Below are positions 35,928 to 45,489 of a stretch of 64,000 bases of DNA, piece after piece. Every line of letters starts with the position of its first letter. The first letter of the stretch is position 1. Origin of the DNA: an uncultured Actinomycetes bacterium. GTDB lineage: Bacteria; Actinomycetota; Thermoleophilia; Gaiellales; JALYLC01. The stretch covers positions 330,794 through 394,793 of the forward strand of contig CAVUPB010000008.1 in NCBI GenBank assembly GCA_963743275.1. The letters are read 5' to 3'. The position numbers and the translations under genes are program-made. A model generated the notes under the pieces. It was not told the origin of the DNA and did no database searches. It worked only from the letters and a program-made list of their open reading frames with translations.

Positions 35928-37187
35928 TCAGGCTGCGGCGGCGACGGCGTCGAGCCCGGCGCGCACGGCGGCCGCGATCGCTTCCAGGTGCTCCCGCCCG
36001 ACGATCAGCGGAGGGCCGATCGCAACGCCGGTGGCCTGCTGGCGCAGGAGCACCCCGGCCTCGCGGATCGCGCTCGCGTAGCGGCCGATCGCGCCCGGGA
36101 CGCTCTTCAGCAGCTCGGGCGTGAGGTCGACGGCCGCGGCGAGGCCGACGCCGCCGCGGACCTCGCCGCAGGCCGGGTGATCGGCGAGCGGGGCGAGCAG
36201 GGCGGCGAGCTCGCCCTCGAGCTCCCGCCCGCGCGCGATCAGGCCCTCGCGCTCGAGGATCGCGAGGTTGGCGAGCGCCGCCGCGCAACACGTCGGATGG
36301 CCTGCGTAGGTCGCGCCATGGCGGAATATGGGGCCGCCGGGCGTCGACCAGAACGGCTCTGCGACCGCGCCGGCTATGAGGACGCCGCCGAGCGGCAGGT
36401 AGCCGCTCGTGATGCCCTTGGCGAGCACGACCATGTCGGGCTCGATGTCCCAGCGCTCGTACCCGAACCACGTGCCGACCCGTCCGAACGCACAGATCAC
36501 GCTGTCGATCACGAGCAGGACGCCGTGGCGCTTGCAGATCGCTCCGACCGCCTCGAGGTAGCCGGGAGGCGCCGGGCGCACGCCGCCGGCCCCGATCACG
36601 GGCTCGCAGAAGAACGCGGCGACCCGGCCGGGTCCGACGCGCTCGATCTCGGCCTCGAGCGCCTCGGGCGACTGGTAGTCGACGTGCGACACCGACTCGA
36701 GCAGCGGACCGTAGCCCTGCTGCATCGATGCCATGCCGACGAGGCTCGTCCCGAAGCCGTGGGTGCCGTGGTAGGCGAACGAACGGCTGATCAGATGGAT
36801 GCGGTCGGGCTGTCCGACGGCCGCCCAGTACTGGCGCGCGAGCTTGGCGGCGGTGTCGATCGCGTCCCCGCCCCCGAGGGTCAGGAAGAGGCGCGGATCG
36901 GTCATCGGCGAGAGCTCGACGAGCCGTTCGGTGAGCTCGAGCGCCGGCGGGTTGGCGACGTCGCCGAACGTGTGGAAGGCCTCGAGCGTGCGCAGCTGCT
37001 TCGCGATCGCCTCGGCCATCTCCTCGCGGCCGTGCCCGATGTGGGCGTGCCACAGGCTGGCCGAGCCGTCGAGGTAGCGCCGGCCCTCCCGATCCCACAG
37101 GTAGACCCCCTCGCCGCGCGTGATCACGAGCTCGTGACCCGCGACCGACGCCATGTCCGCGAATGGGTGCCAGTAGGCGCTCGTCAT
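35928..37187 (-). CDS. Class III (omega) aminotransferase, PLP-dependent
   Basis: ..[61 protein letters not shown] prefer ATG 37187 over TTG 37223. Confidence 0.9.
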   Translation of the reverse strand: MTSAYWHPFADMASVAGHELVITRGEGVYLWDREGRRYLDGSASLWHAHIGHGREEMAEAIAKQLRTLEAFHTFGDVANPPALELTERLVELSPMTDPRLFLTLGGGDAIDTAAKLARQYWAAVGQPDRIHLISRSFAYHGTHGFGTSLVGMASMQQGYGPLLESVSHVDYQSPEALEAEIERVGPGRVAAFFCEPVIGAGGVRPAPPGYLEAVGAICKRHGVLLVIDSVICAFGRVGTWFGYERWDIEPDMVVLAKGITSGYLPLGGVLIAGAVAEPFWSTPGGPIFRHGATYAGHPTCCAAALANLAILEREGLIARGRELEGELAALLAPLADHPACGEVRGGVGLAAAVDLTPELLKSVPGAIGRYASAIREAGVLLRQQATGVAIGPPLIVGREHLEAIAAAVRAGLDAVAAAA

Positions 37188-37241
37188 CGCGAGGACGCTA
37201 GGAGCGGGCGCCCCGGGTGTCAAGCGCGGCTCGGAAGTCTC

Positions 37242-38666
37242 TCAGTGCGAGCCGTGCAGTGCCGGCCGCGCGACCGCCGGGCGCGTGCGTGCGCGGGCCG
37301 GGATCCCGAGCGCGGCGATCGCAGCGAGCACGGCCACGACGGCTGCGACGGAGAGCGCGGCGCGGGCGCCGTCGACGACGCCCTCGGGCGAGGCGTAGGA
37401 GCCGGCGCGGTCGAACACCAGCACGGCGACGGCGATGCCGAAGACGCCGCCCAGCTGGCGGAACGTGCTGTTGGCGCCGGAGGCCTTGCCGAGGTGCTCG
37501 GGCAGCGCCGAGCCGAGTGCCGCAGAGGCGACGTTGGGCAGTACCAGCGCGACGCCGACGCCGATCGCGACGAGCGGCCCGACGAGCTCGGCGTAGCTCG
37601 CGCCGACGTGCATCGCGAAGGCCGCGCCGAGCGTCCCAGCCGCGAGCAGCAGCAGGCCTGCGACGACGAGGGGGCGGCTGCCGATGCGGCCGCCGAGCGC
37701 GCCCGTGAAGGGCGACAGCGCGAGCGGCATGAGCGTCCAGGGGAGCGTCTCGACGCCGGCCGCGACGGCCGAGTCGCCATGGACGCGCGTGAGGTACTGG
37801 ATGATCAGGAAGAACGACGCGAACATCGCGAAGTGGAGCCCGAAGCCGGCGCCGTTCGCGGCCGTGAAGCCCGGCCGCCGGAAGAGCGCGAGCGGCAGCA
37901 TCGGCGCGGCCGAGCGGCGCTCCTGCAGCACGAATGCGGCCAGGAGCACGGCGCCGGCGGCGTACGCGGCGAGCGTGGAGGCGGCCGTCCAGCCGTCGGC
38001 GTTGCCGCGCGTGGTCGCCCACACGATGCCGAGCAGCCCGCCGCTCGCGAGCGCGAGCCCGGGCAGGTCGAGTGGCACCTGCGCGCCGCGGCTCTCGCTC
38101 AGGCGCCGCGGGGCGAGCACGGCTGCGACCAGCCCGACGGGGACGTTGAGCCAGAAGATCCAGTGCCAGTCGAGCGTCTCCACGATGACGCCGCCGAGCA
38201 GCGGGCCGAGCGCCACGCCGACGCCGGCGATCGACGACCACAGGCCGAGCGCCGCGGTGCGCCGCTCGAGCGGGAACGCGGCCGACAGCAGCGTCAGCGT
38301 GAGCGGCATGAGCAGGGCCGCCCCGAGGCCCTGGACGGCGCGCGCGAGCACGAGCTGCGTGAGGCTGTGCGAGAGCGCCCCGGCCGCCGAGGAGGCCGTG
38401 AACACGAGCAGCCCGGCCACGAGCATGCGCCGCCGCCCGTAGCGGTCGCCGAGCGCGGCCCCCGTCAGGATGAGCACGGCGAACGCGAGGATGTACGCGT
38501 CGACGACCCATTGCAGGCGGTCGATCGAGACTCCGAGGTCGCGCTGCATCGCCGGCATCGTCGCGAGCACGATCAGGTTGTCCAGCGTGATCATGAAGAG
38601 CGCGGCGCCGGTCAGGGCGACGGCCCAGATGTGGGTGGCGCGGGTCGTCACGAAGTCCTCCGTCAT
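37242..38666 (-). CDS. MFS transporter, DHA2 family
   Basis: Track ORF of 474 aa: ..FMITLDNLIVLATMPAM..GAALGDRYGRRR. It is a paralogue of 20283..21743. Confidence 0.9.
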   Translation of the reverse strand: MTEDFVTTRATHIWAVALTGAALFMITLDNLIVLATMPAMQRDLGVSIDRLQWVVDAYILAFAVLILTGAALGDRYGRRRMLVAGLLVFTASSAAGALSHSLTQLVLARAVQGLGAALLMPLTLTLLSAAFPLERRTAALGLWSSIAGVGVALGPLLGGVIVETLDWHWIFWLNVPVGLVAAVLAPRRLSESRGAQVPLDLPGLALASGGLLGIVWATTRGNADGWTAASTLAAYAAGAVLLAAFVLQERRSAAPMLPLALFRRPGFTAANGAGFGLHFAMFASFFLIIQYLTRVHGDSAVAAGVETLPWTLMPLALSPFTGALGGRIGSRPLVVAGLLLLAAGTLGAAFAMHVGASYAELVGPLVAIGVGVALVLPNVASAALGSALPEHLGKASGANSTFRQLGGVFGIAVAVLVFDRAGSYASPEGVVDGARAALSVAAVVAVLAAIAALGIPARARTRPAVARPALHGSH

Positions 38667-38717
38667 GTACGATGACCATCGTACTTAAGTTCGACGTTCA
38701 TCGTACATGTTGTACGA
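38667..38717. promoter_or_regulatory. Two palindromic operator candidates between the MFS gene and the divergent ArsR-like gene
   Basis: GTACGATG-ac-CATCGTAC (38667-38684, abutting the MFS ATG) and TCGTACA-tgt-TGTACGA (38701-38717). Both share a CGTAC half-site. Confidence 0.5.
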
Positions 38718-38744
38718 CGTTTGTCAAACAACTTGGGAGGGGCC

Positions 38745-39041
38745 GTGGAGACGCAGACGCAGCCGGAAGCGGCGGAGCTCGACCTCTCCGCCGTGCTCCA
38801 GGCGCTCTCCGACCCCGTGCGCCGCAGCATCGTCGCGCGCCTCGCGCGCGAGGGCGAGGTGCCGTGTGGCGGATTCGGCATCGCCGTCACGAAATCGACG
38901 CGGACGTACCACTTCCGCGTGCTGCGCGAGGCCGGGCTGATCGAGCAGCGCGAAGAGGGCAACCGCAAGCTCAACACGCTGCGCCGTGACGACGTCGACG
39001 CGCGCTTCCCGGGTCTGCTGGAGGCCGTGCTCGGCGAATAG
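38745..39041 (+). CDS. ArsR-like winged-helix transcriptional regulator
   Basis: ..LQALSDPVRRSIVARLAREGEVPCGGF..TRTYHFRVLREAGLIEQREEGNRK. GTG 38745 follows GGGAGG; the track start is TTG 38721. Confidence 0.8.
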   Translation: METQTQPEAAELDLSAVLQALSDPVRRSIVARLAREGEVPCGGFGIAVTKSTRTYHFRVLREAGLIEQREEGNRKLNTLRRDDVDARFPGLLEAVLGE

Positions 39042-39068
39042 CGCGGCGACTTCGGGTTCAATGCCGGA

Positions 39069-40190
39069 ATGCGATGGGGGAGAACGCTCGCGCTCGCCGG
39101 CGTCCTGGCGAGCGCGCTGCTGCCGGAGGCCGCGGCCGCGCCGCCCGCGCGCAGCTTCAGCGCGGCGCGGCCCGTCAACTGGGTCAGCGTGGCCGCGGGC
39201 GATCCCGCGCGCGTGTGGGTCGAGACGGCCGCGGGCGGCTTCCTCAGCGACGACGCCGGGCGGAGCTTCCGGCAGCCGCTCGCGACGAGCGCGTTCCGGC
39301 GCGCCCAGGTCGCCCAGGCGACGCTCCTGGCCGACGGCAGGACGCTGCTCGCGATGCCCGCGGTGTGGTCGGCGCAGCAGTTCACGCCGCCGCGCTGGTC
39401 GGCCGACGGCGGCGCGACGTGGCAGCCCGGGACGCTGCGCGGCGCCGATGCGCACTACGACTTCGGGAGCGCCCCCGGCTTCGTCGGCGAGGCGCCCGTG
39501 ACAGCCGACCCGGTCGATCCGCGCAGTGCGTGGTTCTGCCAGGGCAACCTCTACGTCACGCACGACGCCGGCCGCAGCTGGGCCGTGGCGAGCCCGCGCC
39601 TCGAGCGGCCGTGGCACTGCGCGGCGCTCGCGATCGCGCCCGGCAGGCAGCACACGCTGATCCTCGTCGTGCAGGCCAGGGCGAAGAACCCCAAGCGCGT
39701 GCCCGGCAGGCTCCTGCGCAGCGTCGACGGCGGCGCGACGTGGCACCGCCTCCGGGCGCCGCGCTATCCGCAACTCGACTACAACGGGCACACGGTCGCG
39801 TTCGATCCCGCGCAGCCTTCGACCGCGCTCATGATCGGCGCCAACGGCAGCGCGCTCGGCGCGCTCTACCGCTCGGCCGACGCCGGGCTCTCGTGGAAGC
39901 GCGTGCGTCCCGCCGGCACGCTGCGCGGCGCCGTCGTCGACCAGTTCGCGTTTGCGAGCGACGGGCGCTGCCTGGCGCTCGTGCGCATCGGCGGGCGGCA
40001 GAGCGCGACGTTCGCCTCGCTCGACGGCGGGGTGCACTGGAGCGTCGCGCCGTCGCTGCCGCTCGGGTCGAAGTCGCCCGCGGTGTACGCCTCGCCGCTC
40101 GCGGCCGGCGGGACGTCGTTCCTGCTCGGCACGACCCAGCGCGGGTTCTGGCGACTGGCGCCGGGCGCCCGCCGCTGGGCCGGGCCGTGA
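39069..40190 (+). CDS. Secreted BNR/Asp-box repeat beta-propeller protein
   Basis: Signal peptide MRWGRTLALAGVLASALLPEAAAA. Five SxDxGxxW boxes: SADGGATW, THDAGRSW, SVDGGATW, SADAGLSW, SLDGGVHW. Confidence 0.75.
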   Translation: MRWGRTLALAGVLASALLPEAAAAPPARSFSAARPVNWVSVAAGDPARVWVETAAGGFLSDDAGRSFRQPLATSAFRRAQVAQATLLADGRTLLAMPAVWSAQQFTPPRWSADGGATWQPGTLRGADAHYDFGSAPGFVGEAPVTADPVDPRSAWFCQGNLYVTHDAGRSWAVASPRLERPWHCAALAIAPGRQHTLILVVQARAKNPKRVPGRLLRSVDGGATWHRLRAPRYPQLDYNGHTVAFDPAQPSTALMIGANGSALGALYRSADAGLSWKRVRPAGTLRGAVVDQFAFASDGRCLALVRIGGRQSATFASLDGGVHWSVAPSLPLGSKSPAVYASPLAAGGTSFLLGTTQRGFWRLAPGARRWAGP

Positions 40191-41398
40191 GCGGTCAGTC
40201 CGCGGGCCTGCGCCGCTACGGCGACGTCCTGCGCGCGCCGGGCATTCCGCGCATCGCGGCGGCGGCGCTGCTCGCGCGCCTGCCGAGCGGCATGGCTCCG
40301 CTCGCGACCGTGCTGCTCGTGCGCGGCGAGGGCCGCTCGTACGGCGTCGCGGGCGTCGTCATCGCCGCGGCCTCCGTGGCGAGCGCGATCGGCTGGCCGC
40401 TGTGGGGCAGGCTGATCGACAGCATCGGCCAGACGCGCGTGCTGCTGCCTCTCGCGTTCTGCTATCCCGCCGCCCTCGCCGGGCTGGCGCTCTCGGCCAC
40501 GCACGGAGCGCCCGCCGTCGTCATGGCGGGGTTCGCGGCGCTCGCCGGCGCGACCCTGCCGCCGGTCGGCGCATCCATGCGCGCGCTCTGGCCGAGCCTC
40601 CTCGCCGAGCAGAGCCTGCGCGACACGGCCTACGCGCTCGAGGCCTGGCTCCAGGAGCTGTTCTTCATCGTCGGCCCGCTGATCGTGGCCGCGGTCGCCG
40701 GCGTCGCCCCGGCGTGGGCGGCCGTGATGGCCGCCGCCGCGTTCGCGTGCGCGGGTACCACCTGGTTCGCGCTGGCGCCGCCCGTGCGCGCCGCCGGGGG
40801 ATCGGGGCGCGCGCCCTCGCGGGCGGGCGCGCTCGGATCGGCGGCCGTGCGCACGGTGATGATCTCGTGCGCCGCGCTGGGGTGCGCGTTCGGCGTCGTC
40901 GAGGTGACGATGCCGGCGTTCGGCGAGGCGCACGCCTCGCGCGCGCTCGGCGGGTTCGCGCTCGCGTGCTTCGCGGGCGGATCGCTCGTGGGCGGCCTCT
41001 GGATCGGCACGCGCCCGCCCGCGCGCCGCCTCGGCGTCCGCTTCGCCCTCTCGCTGGGCCTGCTCGGCGTGTTGCTCCTGCCGCCGCTCGCGGCCCCGTC
41101 GCTGCCCGTGATGTGTGCCCTGATGCTGCTCGCCGGCATGCCCATCGCGCCCGCGTTCGCCGCCTCGTACGGCCTTGTGGGCGAGCTCGCGCCTCCCGGC
41201 ACGACGACCGAGGCGTTCGCCTGGCTGACGACGGCCATCGTGACGGGGCTCGCTCTCGGCACGTCGGTCGGCGGAGCGGCCGTGGGGCATCTCGGCCTGA
41301 CCGGCGCGATCGCGCTCGCGGCACCGTGCGCCGGCGTCGCCGCGCTCGTCGCGTTCGCGCGGCTGGCCTCGCTCGCAGTCCCCGAGCCGGTACCGTAA
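40187..41398 (+). CDS. MFS transporter (12-TMS type)
   Basis: GTG 40187 overlaps the preceding TGA (GTGA). 403 aa, hydrophobic throughout, in frame with track ORF 39074..41398. Confidence 0.8.
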   Translation: MSGQSAGLRRYGDVLRAPGIPRIAAAALLARLPSGMAPLATVLLVRGEGRSYGVAGVVIAAASVASAIGWPLWGRLIDSIGQTRVLLPLAFCYPAALAGLALSATHGAPAVVMAGFAALAGATLPPVGASMRALWPSLLAEQSLRDTAYALEAWLQELFFIVGPLIVAAVAGVAPAWAAVMAAAAFACAGTTWFALAPPVRAAGGSGRAPSRAGALGSAAVRTVMISCAALGCAFGVVEVTMPAFGEAHASRALGGFALACFAGGSLVGGLWIGTRPPARRLGVRFALSLGLLGVLLLPPLAAPSLPVMCALMLLAGMPIAPAFAASYGLVGELAPPGTTTEAFAWLTTAIVTGLALGTSVGGAAVGHLGLTGAIALAAPCAGVAALVAFARLASLAVPEPVP

Positions 41399-41403
41399 CG
41401 CCG

Positions 41404-42309
41404 ATGCCGAGCTCGCATCAGCCCCGTATCGTCGTGACCGGCGCGAGCGGCAAGGTCGGCGGCATGATCGCCGACCGGCTCGCGCGCGAGGGCGTCCCGC
41501 AAACGCTGCTCGTCCGCAACGCCGCGCGCGCCCCCGCTCTGCCGGGCGCCGAGGTGGTCGTGGCCGACTTCACCGACGGAGCGGCCGTACGCACGGCCCT
41601 GCGCCCCGGCGACCGGATCTTCATGGTCAGCGTGCACGAGGACGTCGAGACGCGCATCGCGGCACACCGGTCGTTCATCGCCGCTGCTGCGGACGTCGGC
41701 GTCGGGCTGCTCGCCTACCTCTCGATCGTCAAACCGTCGCCGACGGCGGCGTTCCACCACGGCCGCTCGCACTACGCGACCGAGCAGATGATCCTCGCCA
41801 GCGGCCTGCCCTACGCGTTCCTGCGCATGAACCTCTTCCTCGACGACCTGCCGCTCTGGTTCGACCCGGACGGCGTCTGCCGCGGCCCGGGCGGCGACGG
41901 CCGCGTTGCGCTGATCTCACGCGAGGACACGGCTGCGGTCTCGGCCCGGGTGATCGTCGGGCCCGGCTACGAGAACGAGGCGCTCGACATCACGGGCGAG
42001 GAGTCGCACACGCTCGGCGAGCTCGCGGCGCTCTGCAGCGACGTGCTCGACCGGCCGCTGCGCTATCAGCCGGGCACGCGTGAGGCCTGGCTCGAGAGCC
42101 GTCTCGCGGCGGGCGTCGCGGCGTGGGACGCGAACAGCGGCGTCGGCTGCTACGACGCGTTGCTCGGGGGCGAGTTCGACATCACGTCCGACGTCGTGCG
42201 GCGCGTGACGGGCAGGCCGGCGGAGTCGCCGCGGGCATGGGTCGAGGCCCATCCCGCGCGCTTCGAGAAGCTCGGCGTCCTCGCGCGGCGTGCCCGGGCC
42301 TCCGGCTGA
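41404..42309 (+). CDS. NmrA-like / atypical SDR NAD(P)-binding protein
   Basis: MPSSHQPRIVVTGASGKVGGMIADRL..FLRMNLFLDD. Confidence 0.85.
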   Translation: MPSSHQPRIVVTGASGKVGGMIADRLAREGVPQTLLVRNAARAPALPGAEVVVADFTDGAAVRTALRPGDRIFMVSVHEDVETRIAAHRSFIAAAADVGVGLLAYLSIVKPSPTAAFHHGRSHYATEQMILASGLPYAFLRMNLFLDDLPLWFDPDGVCRGPGGDGRVALISREDTAAVSARVIVGPGYENEALDITGEESHTLGELAALCSDVLDRPLRYQPGTREAWLESRLAAGVAAWDANSGVGCYDALLGGEFDITSDVVRRVTGRPAESPRAWVEAHPARFEKLGVLARRARASG

Positions 42310-43246
42310 CGGCGCCGCCGACGCCCTGCGCAGGCTCGCGCTCGACGAGAGCGCGAAGGCCGCCGTGCTCGCCGATCCGCGCCTGCGCGCGATCGCCCGC
42401 CGCATCGCCGCCCGCTACATCGCCGGCGAGACGCTGGCCGACGCGCTGGCGGCGATCGCAGCCGCCAACGACCGCGGACATGCGGCGTCGGTCGACTACA
42501 TGGGCGAGTCGTGCCGTGACACGGCCGTCGCGGCGCACGCGGCGAGCGTGTTCGGCGAGACCGCGGCGCGCCTCGCCGCGCAGGGCCTCGACTGCTCGAT
42601 CTCGCTCGATCTCTCGCATCTGGGACTGCTCGTCGACCCGGAGCTGTGTCTGCGCTCGGCCTCCGCGATCGCGCAGGCGGCGGCCGCGTACGGCAGCGAG
42701 CTGATCATCTCGGCGGAGGGCTCCGATCGCACGGACGCGATCCTCGACTGCCATGGGCGCCTGTGCGAGCGCCACGACAACGTGGGCATCCGCCTCCAGG
42801 CGCGCCTCCGTCGCAGCGAGCGCGATCTCGAGCTGCTGCTCGGCCGGCCGGGCCGCATCTGCCTCGTCAAGGGCGCCTATCACGAGGCCGAGGCGGTCGC
42901 GATCCCGCGCGAGAGCCCGGCGCTCGCCGGCGTCTTCGCGGGCTACGCCGAGGCGCTCGTCGCGAGCGGCCATCGCTGCTCGATCGCCACGCACGACGCG
43001 GACCTGCAGCAACGTGCCGTCGCGGCGCTGCAACGCGCGGAAGCGCCGCCTGCCGCCGGGACGGTCGAGTTCGAGACGCTGCAGGGCCTCGGCGACGCCG
43101 GGCTGGATGCGCTGCGCGATGCCGGCTTCGCGACGCGCGTGTACGTCGTCTTCGGCGAGGAGTGGTTCCTCTACGTCTGCAACCGCATCGCCGAAGAGCC
43201 GGGCGGCCGCATCCCGCAGGCGGTCGTCGACGCCGCCGGCGGGTAG
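42290..43246 (+). CDS. Proline dehydrogenase family protein
   Basis: Track ORF of 318 aa: ..ARYIAGETLADAL..SVDYMGES..ISLDLSHLG..IRLQARLRRSE..CLVKGAY..FETLQGLG. Confidence 0.8.
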   Translation: MPGPPADGAADALRRLALDESAKAAVLADPRLRAIARRIAARYIAGETLADALAAIAAANDRGHAASVDYMGESCRDTAVAAHAASVFGETAARLAAQGLDCSISLDLSHLGLLVDPELCLRSASAIAQAAAAYGSELIISAEGSDRTDAILDCHGRLCERHDNVGIRLQARLRRSERDLELLLGRPGRICLVKGAYHEAEAVAIPRESPALAGVFAGYAEALVASGHRCSIATHDADLQQRAVAALQRAEAPPAAGTVEFETLQGLGDAGLDALRDAGFATRVYVVFGEEWFLYVCNRIAEEPGGRIPQAVVDAAGG

Positions 43247-43311
43247 GACACTGGCGCGTTTCGGACGTCGCGAGCCGGGAACGACCTCGCGCCAACGAAA
43301 CGGAGGGCCCC

Positions 43312-43542
43312 ATGGGCATCAGCACCAGTCTCGTCCTCATCGCCGCCGGCGCGATCCTGAAGTGGGCCGTGTCGGCCACCGTATCCGGCGTCGACCTGCA
43401 CACGGTCGGCGTCGTCCTCATGATCGTCGGGGCCGTCGGCCTCGTGCTCTCGCTCATCTTCTGGTCGAGCTGGGGCGGTTTCGGTGCACGCAACGCGAGC
43501 ACGACCACGGTCGTGCGCGACGAGCCGATCACCTACCGCTAG
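43312..43542 (+). CDS. DUF6458-like small membrane protein
   Basis: GGAGGG RBS. MGISTSLVLIAAGAILKWAVSATVSGVDLHTVGVVLMIVGAVGLVLSLIFW.. has two TM helices. Confidence 0.6.
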   Translation: MGISTSLVLIAAGAILKWAVSATVSGVDLHTVGVVLMIVGAVGLVLSLIFWSSWGGFGARNASTTTVVRDEPITYR

Positions 43543-44059
43543 TCTCGACCAGCAATCGGCGCGCGTGCATGTTGCCGGTCTTGGTGATCGCACCCTGGCT
43601 GCGGCGCTGCCCCGAGGAGTCCTCGCTCGGCACCAGTCCGAGATAGGAGCCGATCGTGGAGCCGTTGAAGCGCTGCCAGTCGCCGATCTCGACCGTGAGC
43701 GCAAACGCGGTCAGCACGCCGACGCCGCGCAGGCAGCAGAGCCGGCCCACGCAGTCGCGCCAGGCCGGCTCAGCAGCCATCTCGGCGATCGCTCGGTCGA
43801 GTCGCTCCCGGCGCGCTTGGACGCCGAGCACCGTGGCCTGGGCCTCGTCGAAAGCCAGCTGCACGCCCCGGCGCTGGAAGCGGATCTGAGCCAGCCAGCG
43901 CTCGTGATTCTGTGTCCAAGCAGTGCCGTCGTAGAGCAGTCCGTGCCGGAGCAGCAGCTTCGAGAGGCGGTGCCGTGCGCGCATCAGATCCCCGCGAGCG
44001 TCCTCGCGAGCGCGCACCAGATCACGCGCCGCCTCCTCATCCTCGGACCCGACCGCGAG
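43529..44059 (-). mobile_element. IS110 family transposase remnant (C-terminal Transposase_20 region only)
   Basis: ..EEAARDLVRAREDARGDLMRARHRLSKLLLRHG...LRGVGVLTAFALTVEIGDWQRF...GLVPSEDSSGQRRSQGAITKTGNMHARRLLVE then a premature stop. The N-terminal DEDD domain is absent. Confidence 0.8.
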
Positions 44060-44120
44060 CCGGTGCGAGGCGCGTTGGCCCCTCCCGTGCGCAGGCCGCG
44101 CGTCTCGCACCAGAACACGC

Positions 44121-44972
44121 TCAGCGCGGGCGGCGGGCGACCTCGTAGGTCGCCGCGCTGTCGTCGTCGCCGTAGCCGAGGTCGATCGCCTCGCCCTGCC
44201 GCCGGCTCGTCGCCTCGGCGATCGGCAGGGCGATCCCTGCGTCCGCGGCGGCCTCGAGCGCGAGCTGCATGTCCTTGTGCGCGAGCTTGAGCGCGAACGC
44301 GACCGGGAATTCGCCCTCGAGCATGAGCGCCGCCTTCCAGTGCGCGTACTGCATGTCGAACGGCGCGCCCGAGATGAGCTCGAGGAAGCGACGGGGGTCG
44401 AGCCCGAGCGCGTCGGCGAACGCGAGCGTCTGGGCGAGGTTCTCGACGCTGTTGAGGATCCAGTGATTGGCGACGAGCTTGAGGCGCGAGCCGAGGCCCG
44501 GCTGATCGCCGAGCCACAGGACCGTGCGCGAGAACGCGTCGAGCAGCGGTGCGATGCGCTCACACGCCGCCACGGGCCCCGATGCGAGCGGCACGAGCAC
44601 GCCCTCCTCGGCCTGTGGGCGCGTGCCCATGACCGGCGCGTCGACGAGGTCGACGCCGTGCTCGGCGGCGAGCACCGACAGCCGGTCGGCCCATTCGACG
44701 CCCACCGTGCTCATCTGCACCCAGACCGCGCCCTCGGGGAGGGCGGCGAAGACCCCGTCCATGACATCGGCCACGCTCGGCCCGTCGGTGAGCATCGTGA
44801 TCACCGCCTCGGCGTCCGCGACGGCGGCCGCCGGCGTCTCGGCAACCGCCGCCCCGGTGGCCTCGGCGCGCGCCCGTGTGCGGTTCCAGACGCGCACCTC
44901 ATGGCCGGCGCGCAGCAGGTGCCGCGCCATGGGCGCGCCCATCGTGCCGGTTCCAAGCAGTGCGATCCGCAT
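44121..44972 (-). CDS. NAD(P)-dependent oxidoreductase, 3-hydroxyisobutyrate/6-phosphogluconate dehydrogenase-like
   Basis: MRIALLGTGTMGAPMARHLLRAGHEVRVWNR..KLVANH. The alternative start is GTG 44987. Confidence 0.85.
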   Translation of the reverse strand: MRIALLGTGTMGAPMARHLLRAGHEVRVWNRTRARAEATGAAVAETPAAAVADAEAVITMLTDGPSVADVMDGVFAALPEGAVWVQMSTVGVEWADRLSVLAAEHGVDLVDAPVMGTRPQAEEGVLVPLASGPVAACERIAPLLDAFSRTVLWLGDQPGLGSRLKLVANHWILNSVENLAQTLAFADALGLDPRRFLELISGAPFDMQYAHWKAALMLEGEFPVAFALKLAHKDMQLALEAAADAGIALPIAEATSRRQGEAIDLGYGDDDSAATYEVARRPR

Positions 44973-45012
44973 GGCCCGAGTGTGCACGACGGCGGGACCC
45001 GCCGCAGCGGGG

Positions 45013-45447
45013 TCAGCCGCGCGCGCGCTGCAGCAGCGCGGCGGCGCGCTCCTGCTCTTCCTCGCTCCAGAGCTTGGCGAGCACGCGCGTCGCGGCCTCG
45101 CTGGCGGTCGGCAGCACGTCGCCGACGACGCGCTTGCCGGCCTCGGTCAGCACGACGATCGCGAGGCGGGCGTCGTGGGGGTGCGATTCGCGCCCGACGA
45201 GGCCCCTGCGCTCGAGCGGCGCGAGCTGGCGTGCCACGCCGGAGGGCGTGATGCCGAGGCGCTCGGCGAGGTCGAGCCGGCGCAGCCGCCCGTCCGGGGC
45301 GGCGTCGAGCTCGAGCAGGAGCGCGAGGTCGTTGAGCCCGAGCCCGTGGTGCCCCGCGAGCGATGCGTCCACGTCACGGACGACGACGGTGCGGGCATAT
45401 GCGAGCTGGAGGACGGTCGAGAGTGCGGATGTCTGGGTGCTGGCCAT
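45013..45447 (-). CDS. MarR family transcriptional regulator
   Basis: Track ORF of 144 aa: ..LNDLALLLELDAAPDGRLRRLDLAERLGITPSGVARQLAPLERRGLV. Confidence 0.9.
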   Translation of the reverse strand: MASTQTSALSTVLQLAYARTVVVRDVDASLAGHHGLGLNDLALLLELDAAPDGRLRRLDLAERLGITPSGVARQLAPLERRGLVGRESHPHDARLAIVVLTEAGKRVVGDVLPTASEAATRVLAKLWSEEEQERAAALLQRARG

Positions 45448-45462
45448 CCGCGCACTCTATCA

Positions 45463-45484
45463 TTGACATGTCGTTGACATGTCG
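45463..45484. promoter_or_regulatory. Tandem 11-bp repeat, each unit carrying the palindrome GACATGTC (candidate MarR operator)
   Basis: TTGACATGTCG TTGACATGTCG lies 16 nt upstream of the marR ATG, between the SDR gene and marR. Confidence 0.5.
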
Positions 45485-45489
45485 TGTAT

